A stretch of 47,682 nt of DNA, taken from positions 1 through 47,682 of the forward strand of contig NIVC01002030.1 in NCBI GenBank assembly GCA_002269645.1. Reading direction: 5' to 3'. This document shows positions 10,401-23,420 of the stretch, in pieces. The translations under genes were made by a program, and so were the position numbers. Source of the DNA: Macrostomum lignano. Lineage: Eukaryota. The notes under the pieces were generated by a model, which was given only the letters and a program-made list of their open reading frames with translations, did no database searches and had not been told where the DNA came from. Numbering within the stretch: position 1 is the first letter of the stretch; each line of letters opens with the position of its first letter.

Positions 10401-13004
10401 CACTCGGCTTAGTCCAAGCCTCTCCGCACATGGCATCACAATGCCCACTTCCTTACTCATTATTCTGCCCAGCGATGGCTCTGTGATCGGCATTGAAATT
10501 CAAGAGGAATTTCGCAGGCCGCGTGCTTGCCACTCAATTCTGTCAGCTCCTATGGCTCTTATGGACCATTCTCTCTAGGCTGGGCCTTCCACTTGACCAG
10601 ACCCTCACTGCCCCGGTGCAGAATAATGAGAATTGAGAATCGCTGGCCAGTATAATTCCATAGCCGCAACCTTTTGCACTTTTATGTTGTAGGAGAGGCC
10701 CAAACTGCTGCTCACAATACCAAAAAGCTGCTTGGCCCACGTGTCCGAGGCCGGCCCAGCTTCCGAGGCAGATGACGAAGACTATGATGAAGAAGCCGAG
10801 GAGCCAGACTCCGAGGTAAGCAGCACGCCCAAGCAGCAGCAGCAGCAGCAAACCCACGTCAGCCGCTTCCTGCGCAAGGAGCGTCTCGGCGTTGGCGACA
10901 GCGGCAGCGACCCCGAGGCCAGCAGCTCCGAGTCGCCCGAGCGTGCCCGATGCGCTACGCCGCGCGGCGCGGACGCCTCAGCCCACTCGCTGAAGGTGTC
11001 GCCCCTAGTGGTGAAGCGCGACAGCCACGGCGGCGGCACAATCCGGCGCAAATCCGAGTTGCTTCGCTCCGCAGTCGAGGTCAACAACAACAGCGACGCC
11101 GAGGTTGCAGCCAAAGCCGCCGACAGTGTCGAAGAGGAAGAGAAACCGAGAGATTCGTCTGAGAACAGCGGCGTCCGCGGAGATGAAGCTGCCGCCAGCC
11201 TCCTGCCGGAGCGGCTGGCCGCACAGTCTGTGCATCACCAACAGGAGCAGCAGCAGAAGACAGCGACCTGCGCAACTCTAGCATCAGCCTCTAGCAGTGG
11301 GAACAAATTCAGCAGCCTGCTGAAACGGAAGCGCGGCAGGCCCAAGGGCAGCAAAAACCGGTTTAAGAGGCAGCCGCCAACTAGGCCTGATCCGCCCGTC
11401 AAGGTGCCGCAGGAGCTCATCGGCGTTGCCACGGTGCTGCCGCCGCTGGCTAGACGAGATGCATTCGGCCGCATCGTGCTCACCCAGGTGCGTGTCAATG
11501 GCCTGGACGTCCTGTTCAGGGAGGCGCCTGAGCCTGCGGGATTCTTCGGGACCGAAGAGGAGAGTCAGGAGCTGGTTAAGCAGCAGGATGAGAATCTGAC
11601 GCTGTTAAAGGAGGCTGCAGTTGATGATGAAGCGCCTAGCAACAAGCCGCAGCAGCAGCAACAGACTGAACAACCTGTAACGGAAACTTTAACGAAAGAA
11701 GCCGAGCCAAATGTCCCAGCGGGGCCGACAGTTGAATCTGCAGCGCCATCACCCGCGCCAACGCCAGTTGAGGCGCCCGAATCGGCAGAGCAGCCAATCA
11801 CCGTGTCGGTATCGCCGCTGGCCGCTCCGCCGGCCGCCACGGAGGAGTCGCAACCGGCCAGCCCTAAGAAGAAGCGCAAGCCGGATCACCCGGTCAAAAA
11901 GTCGCCGCGCCCACCGCCACCCCCGCCGCCGCCTCCGCAGTGCCAGCAGCGGCCGCCGCCTGTTGCCAGTCCGCCATCTGCATTGCGTCTGGACGAGCCG
12001 CCAACTGATGCTGCTGATGTGGGCAGCGCCTGCGGCTCCCAGGACGGCGACCACATCCCCTACCGACTGGGTCGCTGCCCGCGACCACCACTGCCGGCGA
12101 GACTGATACTGTCAGCCCGGCATCCGACGACGCGGTCGCAAGCGATGAGGACGACAAGCCGCTACTGATCGACCTGAACCAGCAGCAGGCCGCGCCGGAG
12201 CCCCCGGCAATCTGGCCAGCGGCCAAAGCGGAACTCCAGCGGCTTCCTGCGGCGCCAGCACAGTCGCTGCGGCCTCCGCCTCCACCACCGCCACCGCCGC
12301 CGCCACCGCCGCCGCATGTGCAGCAACAGCAGCCCGTGAAGCCAGCAAAGCAGCCGGCCAAATCGAAGCCTGCAACGAAGCAGCTGCCGTCTCCGCTGCC
12401 GCCAATGCCAGCTCAGCACCAGCAGGTCTCCGAACTCAGCAGCAAGAAGCCGCAGCAGCAGCAGCAGCAACAACAAAAGAAAAGGCCTCACGTGGCTTCT
12501 TCCGCTGCGCTTCCTTCCTGCATCCCTCCGTCATCAGCCGCCAGCAAAATGGCCAGAGTCTACCACAGCCAGCAGCAGGCCAGCTACCACCTGCAACAGC
12601 AGCAGCAAGCGGCAGCGGCCGCGGCTGCAGCAGCAGCGGCGGCGTCTCAGTTCCCTGCCGGACACCTCATCAGTCCGTATCCGCCTCCGCTGACCCCCGC
12701 CCACGCCTACTCGCTGTATTATCCCTACGCCTTCCTGCCGCAGCACCCGCCTGCCTATCCGTTTGCGCACCACCACCTCGCCGCTCAGCATCATCACCAT
12801 CACTCTGCTGCCGCCGCTGCCGGCCTGCCGATGGCTGCGGCTGCTGCTGCCGCCGCGGCCGCGACCTCCGGCTGCGACTCGACTCGGCCGGCTAGCGACG
12901 ACTTTGTCCGGCCGATGGACCTCAGCCTGGCCCAGCAACAACAACAGCAGCAGCTGCATCATCACCACCATCCGCAGGCCAGGTCACAGCACCGGCCCAG
13001 GTGA
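4438..13004 (+). CDS. Pc: Polycomb (Pc/CBX) chromobox protein, ~1025 aa; exons 4438-4488, 7572-7615, 7713-7775, 9682-10288, 10693-13004 (1-nt frameshift near 12057-12060)
   Basis: Spliced exons give MSDVYSADRLLDKRVRS|GRTEYLVKWKGWSVK|DSTWEPEKNILDKRLIQEFN, a Pc-type chromodomain with aromatic cage Y5/W26/W29. All introns are GT-AG with compatible phases. It also has the AT-hook KRKRGRPK and the C-box-like GRIVLTQVRVNGLDVLFREAPEPAGFF. Confidence 0.9.
7572..7615 (+). CDS. Pc: Pc exon 2 (chromodomain core)
   Basis: CAG acceptor, GRTEYLVKWKGWSV, GTAAGT donor at 7616, phase 2. Confidence 0.93.
7713..7775 (+). CDS. Pc: Pc exon 3 (chromodomain C-terminus)
   Basis: T-rich tract plus CAG acceptor, (K)DSTWEPEKNILDKRLIQEFN, GTAAGA donor at 7776, phase 2. 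Confidence 0.93.
   Translation, partial: GQHLGTGEKHSGQTTDSRVQ
9121..9575. repeat. 31-32-bp minisatellite in Pc intron 3
   Basis: Units attcagctaggaggatctgggataaattggg / attcagctaggaggatgttaggataaatgggg, ~14 copies. Confidence 0.9.
9682..10288 (+). CDS. Pc: Pc exon 4 (Ser/Pro/Lys/Ala low-complexity linker)
   Basis: TCCAG acceptor is phase-2 compatible with ORF 9593-10315; GTGAGT donor at 10289, phase 0. The acceptor choice is inferred. Confidence 0.75.
10693..13004 (+). CDS. Pc: Pc exon 5 (AT-hook 11323-11355, C-box 11467-11550, Pro/Gln/Ala/His-rich tail, PMDLS 12912-12926)
   Basis: TGTAG acceptor in frame with ORF 10732-12168. Protein-like sequence continues in the frame of ORF 12318-13004, which is open from 12018, if one C is added to the C-run at 12057-12060. 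Confidence 0.75.
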
Positions 13005-14877
13005 CAGTCCTTTACCCCCTGCCGCCTTCCCCTCGCCCAAGCCGCATTCCATCCTGTGAGGAGGATTGCCCTCCTTAAAAAGCAGCAGATATTGTGTACA
13101 TAAACTAGAAATGCATCTTTGCATTGATGTAATTCTGCAGTTAGTATTTGCTCAGCCAGTATTGATTGTATTGATTTTGGCGAGTCTCTATTATCGCAAG
13201 TCTAAATTTAATATAGTATGTAAATAGCGCAGGATTATCCATACATAGGGTATATGCATTAAGTATTAATTCCAACATGTGTGCGTCCTCTTATTAATTA
13301 ATCGATTTGTATTCATTTCTCAACTTTTTTTGGCTTGTCCTGTTAAATGCAATCAATTCAGACATTTTTAGTAACTGTTGTAATTCCTGTGCGCAGATGA
13401 AGAAGTTCTATCAAAATTTAATATCAACTGCACCCAGTGTGAATGTATATTTACAACTTTTATTCTTCGATATTTACACATTAGAAATCGCTACCAATCT
13501 CTGCCATTGTACGAGCTATGCGACATTCGCAACTTTCACCTGTCTGCAGCTATGAATAATTAATAATTAAGGTTCACTTCCGCGTTGCTGTACATTGTAC
13601 ATACAAACTGCATGACTTTATGCGTTTAACCGTGCATACTGATCTATTATAATATAATCTAATATAAATATATAAATCAGCTAAAATTGCATTCATTCGA
13701 CAGAATGAAATCGAATTTAATCCCTTCAATGGCTAGTCAGTTCAGTAATAAATTGATTCCTTTGAAGTCCTTTGTGTGTTATATTATTTTTTATAAACAA
13801 CTTGCCCGTGTCTATTTTCTCAGGGAGCGCAACATCTATGTTTATCCCATTTTTCCTATTCGCCTGGTTGATATGCCTGGTTCATTTGGTCCAGCAGACT
13901 CCGGCCCCCAAAGCTCTCTATTCTCTATCACGCCCTCGGGTCCTTTAAAACTCGCAATACCGATCCAGCCCGCTCAATGTTTGTCTCTTCTTAGCTCTCT
14001 TCTCTCTTCTTCTCTCCTCTTCTCTCGCCCCTCACTCCCTTTCTTTCTCTGTCTTCTTTCCTTATATCTCTCATCTCGCCTCTCCTCTCCTCTCATCACA
14101 TCTCTTTCCTTCCTATTCGCTCTTCTCTCTCCCCTCTCCTTTGTACTTGGCCTGCAGCCATGAGCTGAATTCTTTATCTTTCTCTTTATCTATCCAAATT
14201 AATAGGGAATCTAGACTATTTTTTGACAAGGAGTTTCGAATCAAATCGAATTCTAAACACCTGGCGACCCGATCCAAGAGAAAAAGTCAAGCCTGTATAG
14301 CAAACGGCGGGGTCCCTAGCAACATCGGAAGTAAAAAAAAATAACTTCCAAGGGATCAGAGACAGACGGGCGTGACAAGATTGATGAACACAAAAGGTTC
14401 CTATATAGGATAAGGGCTTGAGTTTGAGGCTCCCCGCCGATGCGGGAATGAGCGAGCTCGCTCGGACCTACTCGACTCGAGAGACTGCCTGGCGTGCCGG
14501 CCGAAACTGATGGGAGATGAAGAGATGTGACGAATTGGTGCCAACGATCCTGCAATTACATCATCTTCAAAGCTGTCTGTCTAAGGGCGTGGTCTGAATC
14601 CGTGCGTGTGTCTGTGTGTCTGTTAATGCCATGTATATATGAACGAGGGACTATATGTACATCATTACATTATTTATAGCGTTGTATTATGTAGTCAGTG
14701 AAAAAATACGAAACCCTGGCATTTATTTTATGATGATTCGTAATATTGAAATGAACAATCGGTTTTTGTTTACTTTGCTCGTATTATGTTACTTATTTAC
14801 TTAGTATGATAAAAACTGACAACTATATTACTCGTATATAGCTGCGCATGGCAACTGGGACAAGGGCATCTCTTCAC

Positions 14878-15877
14878 ATCAAGTGGCGCCTTCTATTCTC
14901 ATCAAGTGGCGCCCTCTATTTACATAAAGTGGCGCCCTCTATTCTCATCAAAGTGGCGCCCTCTATTCTCATCAAGTGGCGCCTGTATTCACATCAAGTG
15001 GCGCCCTCTATTCACATCAAAGTGGCGCCCTCTATTCTCATCAAGTGGCGCCTGTATTCACATCAAGTGGCGCCCTCTATTCACATCAAGTGGCGCCCTC
15101 CATTCTCATCAAGTGGCGCCCTCTATTCTCATCAAGTGGCGCCCTCTATTCACATCAAGTGGCGCCTGTATTCACATCAAGTGGCGCCCTCTATTCTCAT
15201 CAAAGTGGCGCCCTCTATTCTCATCAAGTGGCGCCTGTATTCACATCAAGTGGCGCCCTCTATTCACATCAAAGTGGCGCCCTCTATTCTCATCAAGTGG
15301 CGCCTGTATTCACATCAAGTGGCGCCCTCTATTCACATCAAGTGGCGCCCTCCATTCTCATCAAGTGGCGCCCTCTATTCTCATCAAGTGGCGCCCTCTA
15401 TTCACATCAAGTGGCGCCTGTATTCACATCAAGTGGCGCCCTCTATTCACATCAAGTGGCGCCCTCCATTCTCATCAAGTGGCGCCCTCTATTCTCATCA
15501 AGTGGCGCCCTCTATTCACATCAAGTGGCGCCTGTATTCTCATCAAGTGGCGCCCTCTATTCACATCAAGTGGCGCCCTCTATTCTCATCAAGTGGCGCC
15601 TGTATTCACATAAAGTGGCGCCTGTATTCACATCAAGTGGCGCCCTCTATTCACATCAAGTGGCGCCCTCTATTCTCATCAAGTGGCGCCCTCTATTCTC
15701 ATCAAAGTGGCGCCTTCTATTCTCATCAAGTGGCGCCCTCTATTCTCATCAAAGTGGCGCCCTCTATTCTCATCAAGTGGCGCCCTCTATTCACATCAAG
15801 TGGCGCCCTCTATTCACATCAAGTGGCGCCCTCTATTCTCATCAAGTGGCGCCCTCTATTCACGCCGGTGGCGCCCC
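14878..15877. repeat. 22-24-bp minisatellite with GGCGCC core
   Basis: Unit atcaagtggcgccctctatt(ctc/cac), ~43 copies with patterned variants. Confidence 0.95.
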
Positions 15878-16790
15878 CAGTGCACTCTAAAAAAGGCATT
15901 CAATAGGCATTAATCTCGTATTGGTCCCTTGTTCGTCACATGCGATTGTTGTGCTAACATTGCATAACACAGCCAAGAGCCACACTCGGATAAGCCCTAT
16001 ACCTTTTCAAAGGGAATTATCACTTCGGAATATTTATATACAAGCAAGTGTTAATTGCGCAATCTTTATTGAGCTGTCCTCGCGGAAAATCTCTCAACAA
16101 AAATAATAGCATAGATTATTACGCAATCGTGAGTTGCCTAAAATTGATGGTAAATACGAAAATACCGAATGAGCAGCCGCGGTTATCGCATCTGAAAAGT
16201 TCGGTTCTGGTTTAGTTAATACTGCCGGCCCGGGAGTGGAAAGGTGAGAGAATAGGAGATGAGAGATGAGAGATAAGAGAAAAGAGGAGAGGCAAGAGAT
16301 AGGATGATAAAAAGATAGAGATAGATAGAAAAGATAGCAGTAGCGGATTTGGACGAGCTTGATTTTTTACTTTTTCTTTAGGTAATACAATAGGATATAG
16401 GGTAATGTTGGGAATGGAATTGGGTATAATGTTGGGAATATAGGATACAGCCAACGTGAGGAATAGAAAATAAATATATTTATAAAATAACTGCTGTGCA
16501 TATGCTGGGCTGACCTATAAGAACTGCTTCAAACTTCTTCGTTTATTTGTTTCTTAATAAGATATTGTCCATCGTCTCTTGTCACTTCGCTTACATTTTA
16601 CCAGCCTCTGATTAATCCAATTCGTGTCTAAAGCTATACAGGCCTACCTTTGTATCTTCAATCGATCTACTTTTTCAGTACCGGTTCCACTTTCTCCACA
16701 CTCTCAATTATACTTTCTCCACATTCTCAATTATACTTTCTTCACACTCTTAATCTAACTTATCTACCATCCGAATCTATTTCTCCACTC

Positions 16791-19700
16791 ACAGGATCTA
16801 CTTTCCACTTACAGGATCTACTTTCCACTCACAGGATCTACTTTCCACTTACAGGATCTACTTTCCACTCACAGGATCTACTTTCCACTCACAGGATCTA
16901 CTTTCCACTCACAGGATCTACTTTCCACTTACAGGATCTACTTTCCACTCACAGGATCTACTTTCCACTTACAGGATCTACTTTCCACTCACAGGATCTA
17001 CTTTCCACTTACAGGATCTACTTTCCACTTACCTACTTTCCACTTACAGGATCTACTTTCCACTTACAGGATCTACTTTCCACTTACCTACTTTCCACTC
17101 ACAGGATCTACTTTCCACTTACAGGATCTACTTTCCACTTACAGGATCTACTTTCCACTTACAGGATCTACCTTCCACTCATCGGTCTACTTTTCACTCA
17201 CCGGATCTACGAGTACTTTCCACTTACAGGATCTACTTTCCACTTACAGGATCTACTTTCCACTTACAGGATCTACTTTCCACTTACCTACTTTCCACTC
17301 ACAGGATCTACTTTCCACTTACAGGATCTACTTTCCACTCATGGGTCTACTTTCCACTCATGGGTCTACTTTCCACTTACAGGATCTACTTTCCACTTAC
17401 AGGATCAACTTTCCACTTACAGGATCTACTTTCCACTTACAGGATCTACTTTCCACTCATCGGTCTACTTTTCACTCACCGGATCTACGAGTACTTTCCA
17501 CTCACAGGATCTACTTTCCACTTACAGGATCTACTTTCCACTTACAGGATCTACTTTCCACTCACAGGATCTACTTTCCACTCACAGGATCTACTTTCCA
17601 CTTACAGGATCTACTTTCCACTTACCTACTTTCCACTCACAGGATCTACTTTCCACTTACAGGATCTACTTTCCACTCATGGGTCTACTTTCCACTCATG
17701 GGTCTACTTTCCACTTACAGGATCTACTTTCCACTCACAGGATCTACTTTCCACTTACAGGATCTACTTTCCACTTACAGGATCTACTTTCCACTCACAG
17801 GATCTACTTTCCACTCACAGGATCTACTTTCCACTTACAGGATCTACTTTCCACTTACAGGATCTACTTTCCACTCACAGGATCTACTTTCCACTTACCT
17901 ACTTTCCACTTACAGGATCTACTTTCCACTTACAGGATCTACTTTCCACTTACCTACTTTCCACTCACAGGATCTACTTTCCACTTACAGGATCTACTTT
18001 CCACTTACCTACTTTCCACTCACAGGATCTACTTTCCACTTACAGGATCTACTTTCCACTTACAGGATCTACTTTCCACTTACAGGATCTACTTTCCACT
18101 TACCTACTTTCCACTCACAGGATCTACTTTCCACTTACAGGATCTACTTTCCACTCATGGGTCTACTTTCCACTCATGGGTCTACTTTCCACTCATGGGT
18201 CTACTTTCCACTCATGGGTCTACTTTCCACTTACAGGATCTACTTTCCACTTACAGGATCAACTTTCCACTTACAGGATCTACTTTCCACTTACAGGATC
18301 TACTTTCCACTCATCGGTCTACTTTTCACTCACCGGATCTACGAGTACTTTCCACTTACAGGATCTACTTTCCACTTACAGGATCTACTTTCCACTTACA
18401 GGATCTACTTTCCACTCACAGGATCTACTTTCCACTTACAGGATCTACTTTCCACTCATGGGTCTACTTTCCACTCATGGGTCTACTTTCCACTTACAGG
18501 ATCTACTTTCCACTTACAGGATCTACTTTCCACTTACAGGATCTACTTTCCACTTACAGGATCTACTTTCCACTTACAGGATCTACTTTCCACTCATGGG
18601 TCTACTTTCCACTCATGGGTCTACTTTCCACTTACAGGATCTACTTTCCACTTACAGGATCAACTTTCCACTTACAGGATCTACTTTCCACTTACAGGAT
18701 CTACTTTCCACTTACAGGATCTACTTTCCACTCATGGGTCTACTTTCCACTCATGGGTCTACTTTCCACTTACAGGATCTACTTTCCACTTACAGGATCT
18801 ACTTTCCACTTACAGGGTCTACTTTTCACTCACCGGATCTACGAGTACTTTCCACTTACAGGATCAACTTTCCACTTACAGGATCTACTTTCCACTTACA
18901 GGATCAACTTTCCACTTACAGGATCTACTTTCCACTTACAGGTTCTACTTTCCACTCATGGGTCTACTTTCCACTCATGGGTCTACTTTCCACTTACAGG
19001 ATCTACTTTCCACTTACAGGATCTACTTTCCACTTACAGGATCTACTTTCCACTTACAGGATCTACTTTCCACTTACAGGATCTACTTTCCACTTACAGG
19101 ATCTACTTTCCACTTACAGGATCTACTTTCCACTCATGGGTCTACTTTCCACTCATGGGTCTACTTTCCACTTACAGGATCTACTTTCCACTTACAGGAT
19201 CAACTTTCCACTTACAGGATCTACTTTCCACTTACAGGGTCTACTTTTCACTCACCGGATCTACGAGTACTTTCCACTTACAGGATCAACTTTCCACTTA
19301 CAGGATCTACTTTCCACTTACAGGATCAACTTTCCACTTACAGGATCTACTTTCCACTTACAGGATCTACTTTCCACTTACAGGATCTACTTTCCACTCA
19401 TGGGTCTACTTTCCACTCATGGGTCTACTTTCCACTTACAGGATCTACTTTCCACTTACAGGATCTACTTTCCACTTACAGGATCTACTTTCCACTTACA
19501 GGATCTACTTTCCACTTACAGGATCTACTTTCCACTTACAGGATCTACTTTCCACTTACAGGATCTACTTTCCACTTACAGGATCTACTTTCCACTTACA
19601 GGATCTACTTTCCACTTACAGGATCTACTTTCCACTTACAGGATCTACTTTCCACTTACAGGATCTACTTTCCACTTACAGGATCTACTTTCCACTTACA

Positions 19701-19945
19701 GGATCTACTTTCCACTTACAGGATCTACTTTCCACTTACAGGATCTACTTTCCACTTACAGGATCTACTTTCCACTTACAGGATCTACTTTCCACTTACA
19801 GGATCTACTTTCCACTTACAGGATCTACTTTCCACTTACAGGATCTACTTTCCACTTACAGGATCTACTTTCCACTTACAGGATCTACTTTCCACTTACA
19901 GGATCTACTTTCCACTTACAGGATCTACTTTCCACTTACAGGATC
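16791..19945. repeat. 20-bp minisatellite, ~3.15 kb
   Basis: Unit acaggatctactttccactt with recurring 14-bp, 19-bp (atgggtctactttccactc) and longer (catcggtctacttttcactcaccggatctacgagt) variants. Confidence 0.97.
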
Positions 19946-20256
19946 AATCTTATACTTACTTTCCCACAAGCTCTGTCTGCTTTCCTCTCTTCCCTTGCCT
20001 CTGAACACTTGAAGAGTCATGCATCATCGATGAAATTTCAAATCCTGAATTTCCAACAGCTGCAGCTTCTATAATTCTCTTTCCAAATCAAAATACTCTC
20101 CTACCGAGTAGGTGGCGCAGCAGCCATCAAGCAAACTGCGCGTTGAAATTGTAGCAAAATGCGCGCATGGGAAACCCTTACCGCACAGCATTACCGTATC
20201 TGCACCTGTTTGCGGGAATACTCATAAAGAATTGAAGCGCAATTATACTTTATTTT

Positions 20257-21531
20257 ATCTACTGCACGATGGATCTGTATATCTACTGCACCATCTGTAC
20301 ATCTACTGCACCATCTGTATATTCTACTGCACCATCTGTATATCTACTGCACCTTCTGTATATCTACTGCACCATCTGTATGTCTACTGCACCATCTGTA
20401 CATCTACTGCACCATCTGTATACCTACTGCACCTTCTGTATGTCTACTGCACCATCTGTACATCTACTGCACCATCTGTATACCTACTGCACCTTCTGTA
20501 TATCTACTGCACCATCTGTATGTCTACTGCACCATCTGTACATCTACTGCACCATCTGTATACCTACTGCACCTTCTGTATATCTACTGCACCATCTGTA
20601 TGTCTACTGCACCATCTGTACATCTACTGCACCATCTGTATACCTACTGCACCATCTGTATGTCTACTGCACCATCTGTATATTCTACTGCACCATCTGT
20701 ATATCTACTGCACCATCTGTATATCTACTGCACCTTCTGTATATCTACTGCACCATCTGTATGTCTACTGCACCATCTATATAAATATCTACTGCACCAT
20801 CTGTATACCTACTGCACCATCTGTATATCTACTGCACCATCTGTAAATCTACTGCACCGTCTGTATATTCTACTGCACCATCTGTATATCTACTGCACCT
20901 TCTGTATATCTACTGCACCATCTGTAAATCTACTGCACCATCTGTATATCTACTGCACCATCTGTATATCTACTGCACCTTCTGTAAATCTACTGCACCG
21001 TCTGTATATTCTACTGCACCATCTGTATATCTACTGCACCATCTGTAAATCTACTGCACCATCTGTATATCTACTGCACCATCTGTATATCTACTGCACC
21101 TTCTGTATATCTACTGCACCATCTGTATATCTACTGCACCATCTGTATATCTACTGCACCATCTGTATATCTACTGCACCATCTGTAAATCTACTGCACC
21201 GTCTGTATATTCTACTGCACCATCTGTATATCTACTGCACCTTCTGTATATCTACTGCACCATCTGTATGTCTACTGCACCATCTATATAAATATCTACT
21301 GCACCATCTGTATATCTACTGCACCTTCTGTAAATCTACTGCACCGTCTGTATATTCTACTGCACCATCTGTATATTCTACTGCACCATCTGTACATCTA
21401 CTGCACCATCTGTATATTCTACTGCACCATCTGTACATCTACTGCACCATCTGTATATCTACTGCACCATCTGTATATCTACTGCACCATCTGTATATCT
21501 ACTGCACCATCTGTATATCTACTGCACCATC
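20257..21531. repeat. 20-bp minisatellite
   Basis: Unit atatctactgcaccatctgt, ~63 copies. Confidence 0.96.
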
Positions 21532-22044
21532 GAAATCTCATTGTTAATACATCAAATTCTTACTGTTAATTCCTCGAAGTCTTTCAATGTAGAGAATCAT
21601 TGTGTCCAATCAAAGTTACATGGATATTACACACGCCGCGCTTCCGTAATTGTTAATACAGTCTGCATTGCAACTGACTTTTTCTAGCTCAAAAAGTTGC
21701 TATTAGAATTTGATTTTGCATAAATTTTGTTTACAAACTTTTGACGTCCTTATTTTGAGTTTCTAAACTATACAAAATTTACAATGCTTATGGCAAATCA
21801 AAGCAAATTTTGAAGTTGCTACAGTAAGGGGAATTTCGGAAATGAGATTCTTATGCATGATAGGGAGTTTCTCTGTTTCTACTGTAATTTTATGTTTCTG
21901 AAATTTCAAAGGTATGATTTTATTCAAGTGCAGAAATCAATAATTTTCGGACAAATTTCTGTTACATATTGTCGGCACATGGTGCAAGGATTTCTAGGGA
22001 ATCAAAATGTCATGGATTATCTTTATCTTCGATTTTTGTATGCA

Positions 22045-22940
22045 GCCTCTGCTTGATGCATGGCACCCTACCTTAGCGCCTCTGCTTGATGCATGGCGCC
22101 CTCCCTTAGCGCCTCTGCTTGATGCATGGCGCCCTCCCTTAGCGCCTCTGCTTGATGCATGGCGCCCTCCCTTAGCGCCTCTGCTTGATGCATGGCGCCC
22201 TCCCTTAGCGCCTCTGCTTGATGCATGGCGCCCTCCCTTAGCGCCTCTGCTTGATGCATGGCGCCCTCCCTTAGCGCCTCTGCTTGATGCATGGCGCCCT
22301 ACCTTAGCGCCTCTGCTTGATGCATGGCGCCCTCCCTTAGCGCCTCTGCTTGATGCATGGCGCCCTCCCTTAGCGCCTCTGCTTGATGCATGGCGCCCTC
22401 CCTTAGCGCCTCTGCTTGATGCATGGCGCCCTCCCTTAGCGCCTCTGCTTGATGCATGGCGCCCTCCCTTAGCGCCTCTGCTTGATGCATGGCGCCCTCC
22501 CTTAGCGCCTCTGCTTGATGCATGGCGCCCTCCCTTAGTGCTTCTGCTTGATGCATGGCGCCCTCCCAAAGCGCCTCTGCTTGATGCATGGTGCCCTCCC
22601 TTAGCGCCTCTGCTTGATGCATGGCGCCCTCCCTTAGCGCCTCTGCTTGATGCATGGCGCCCTCCCTTAGCGCCTCTGCTTGATGCATGGCGCCCTCCCT
22701 TAGCGCCTCTGCTTGATGCATGGCGCCCTCCCTTAGCGCTTCTGCTTGATGCATGGCGCCCTCCCTTAGTGCTTCTGCTTGATGCATGGCGCCCTCCCAA
22801 AGCGCCTCTGCTTGATGCATGGCGCCCTCCCTTAGCGCTTCCGCTTGATGCATGGCGCCCTCCCTTAGCGCCTCTGCTTGATGCATGGCGCCCTCCCTTA
22901 GCGCCTCTGCTTGATGCATGGCGCCCTCCCTTAGCGCCTC
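22045..22940. repeat. 33-bp minisatellite
   Basis: Unit agcgcctctgcttgatgcatggcgccctccctt, ~27 copies. Confidence 0.96.
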
Positions 22941-23420
22941 TGTTTGATACATGGCGCCCTACAGAATCCAGATTAGCTCTGCTTGATACATGGTGCCCTA
23001 CAGAATCCAGATTAGCTCTGCTTGATGCATGGCGCCTTACAGAATCCAGATTAGCTTTGCTTGATACATGGCGCCCTACAGAATCCAGATTAGCTTTGCT
23101 TGATACATGGCGCCCTACAGAATCCAGATTAGCTCTGCTTGATACATGGCGCCCTACAGAATCCAGATTAGCTTTGCTTGATACATGGCGCCCTACAGAA
23201 TCCAGATTAGCTCACTTGATGCATGGCGCCCCACAGAATCCAGATTAGCTCTACTTGATACATGGCGCCCTACAGAATCCAGATTAGCTCTGCTTGATGC
23301 AAGGCGCCCTACAGAATCCAGATTAGCTCTGCTTGATGCAAGGCGCCCCACAGAATCCAGATTAGCTCACTTGATGCATGGCGCCCCACAGAATCTAGAT
23401 TAGCTCTATACTTGATGCAT
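22941..23420. repeat. 39-bp minisatellite related to the adjacent 33-bp unit
   Basis: Unit acagaatccagattagctctgcttgatacatggcgccct, ~12 copies; shares gcttgat(g/a)catggcgccc with the 33-mer. Confidence 0.93.

Noticed and set aside
9691-13059. Antisense and alternative-frame ORFs overlapping Pc exons 4-5
   Set aside because: Expected shadows of GC-rich, CAG/GCC-rich coding sequence.
14252-14280. CA followed by TGGCGACCC, resembling an LTR end plus primer-binding site
   Set aside because: No second LTR, gag or pol nearby; the match is too short to support.
13990-16340. CT-rich tract near 14.0 kb and GA-rich tract near 16.3 kb as inverted repeats
   Set aside because: The similarity is compositional (low complexity), not alignable.
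14848-23403. Very long ORFs (up to 1120 aa) in the 15-23 kb arrays
   Set aside because: They are translations of stop-free tandem units, open in several frames at once, with no domain or splice support.
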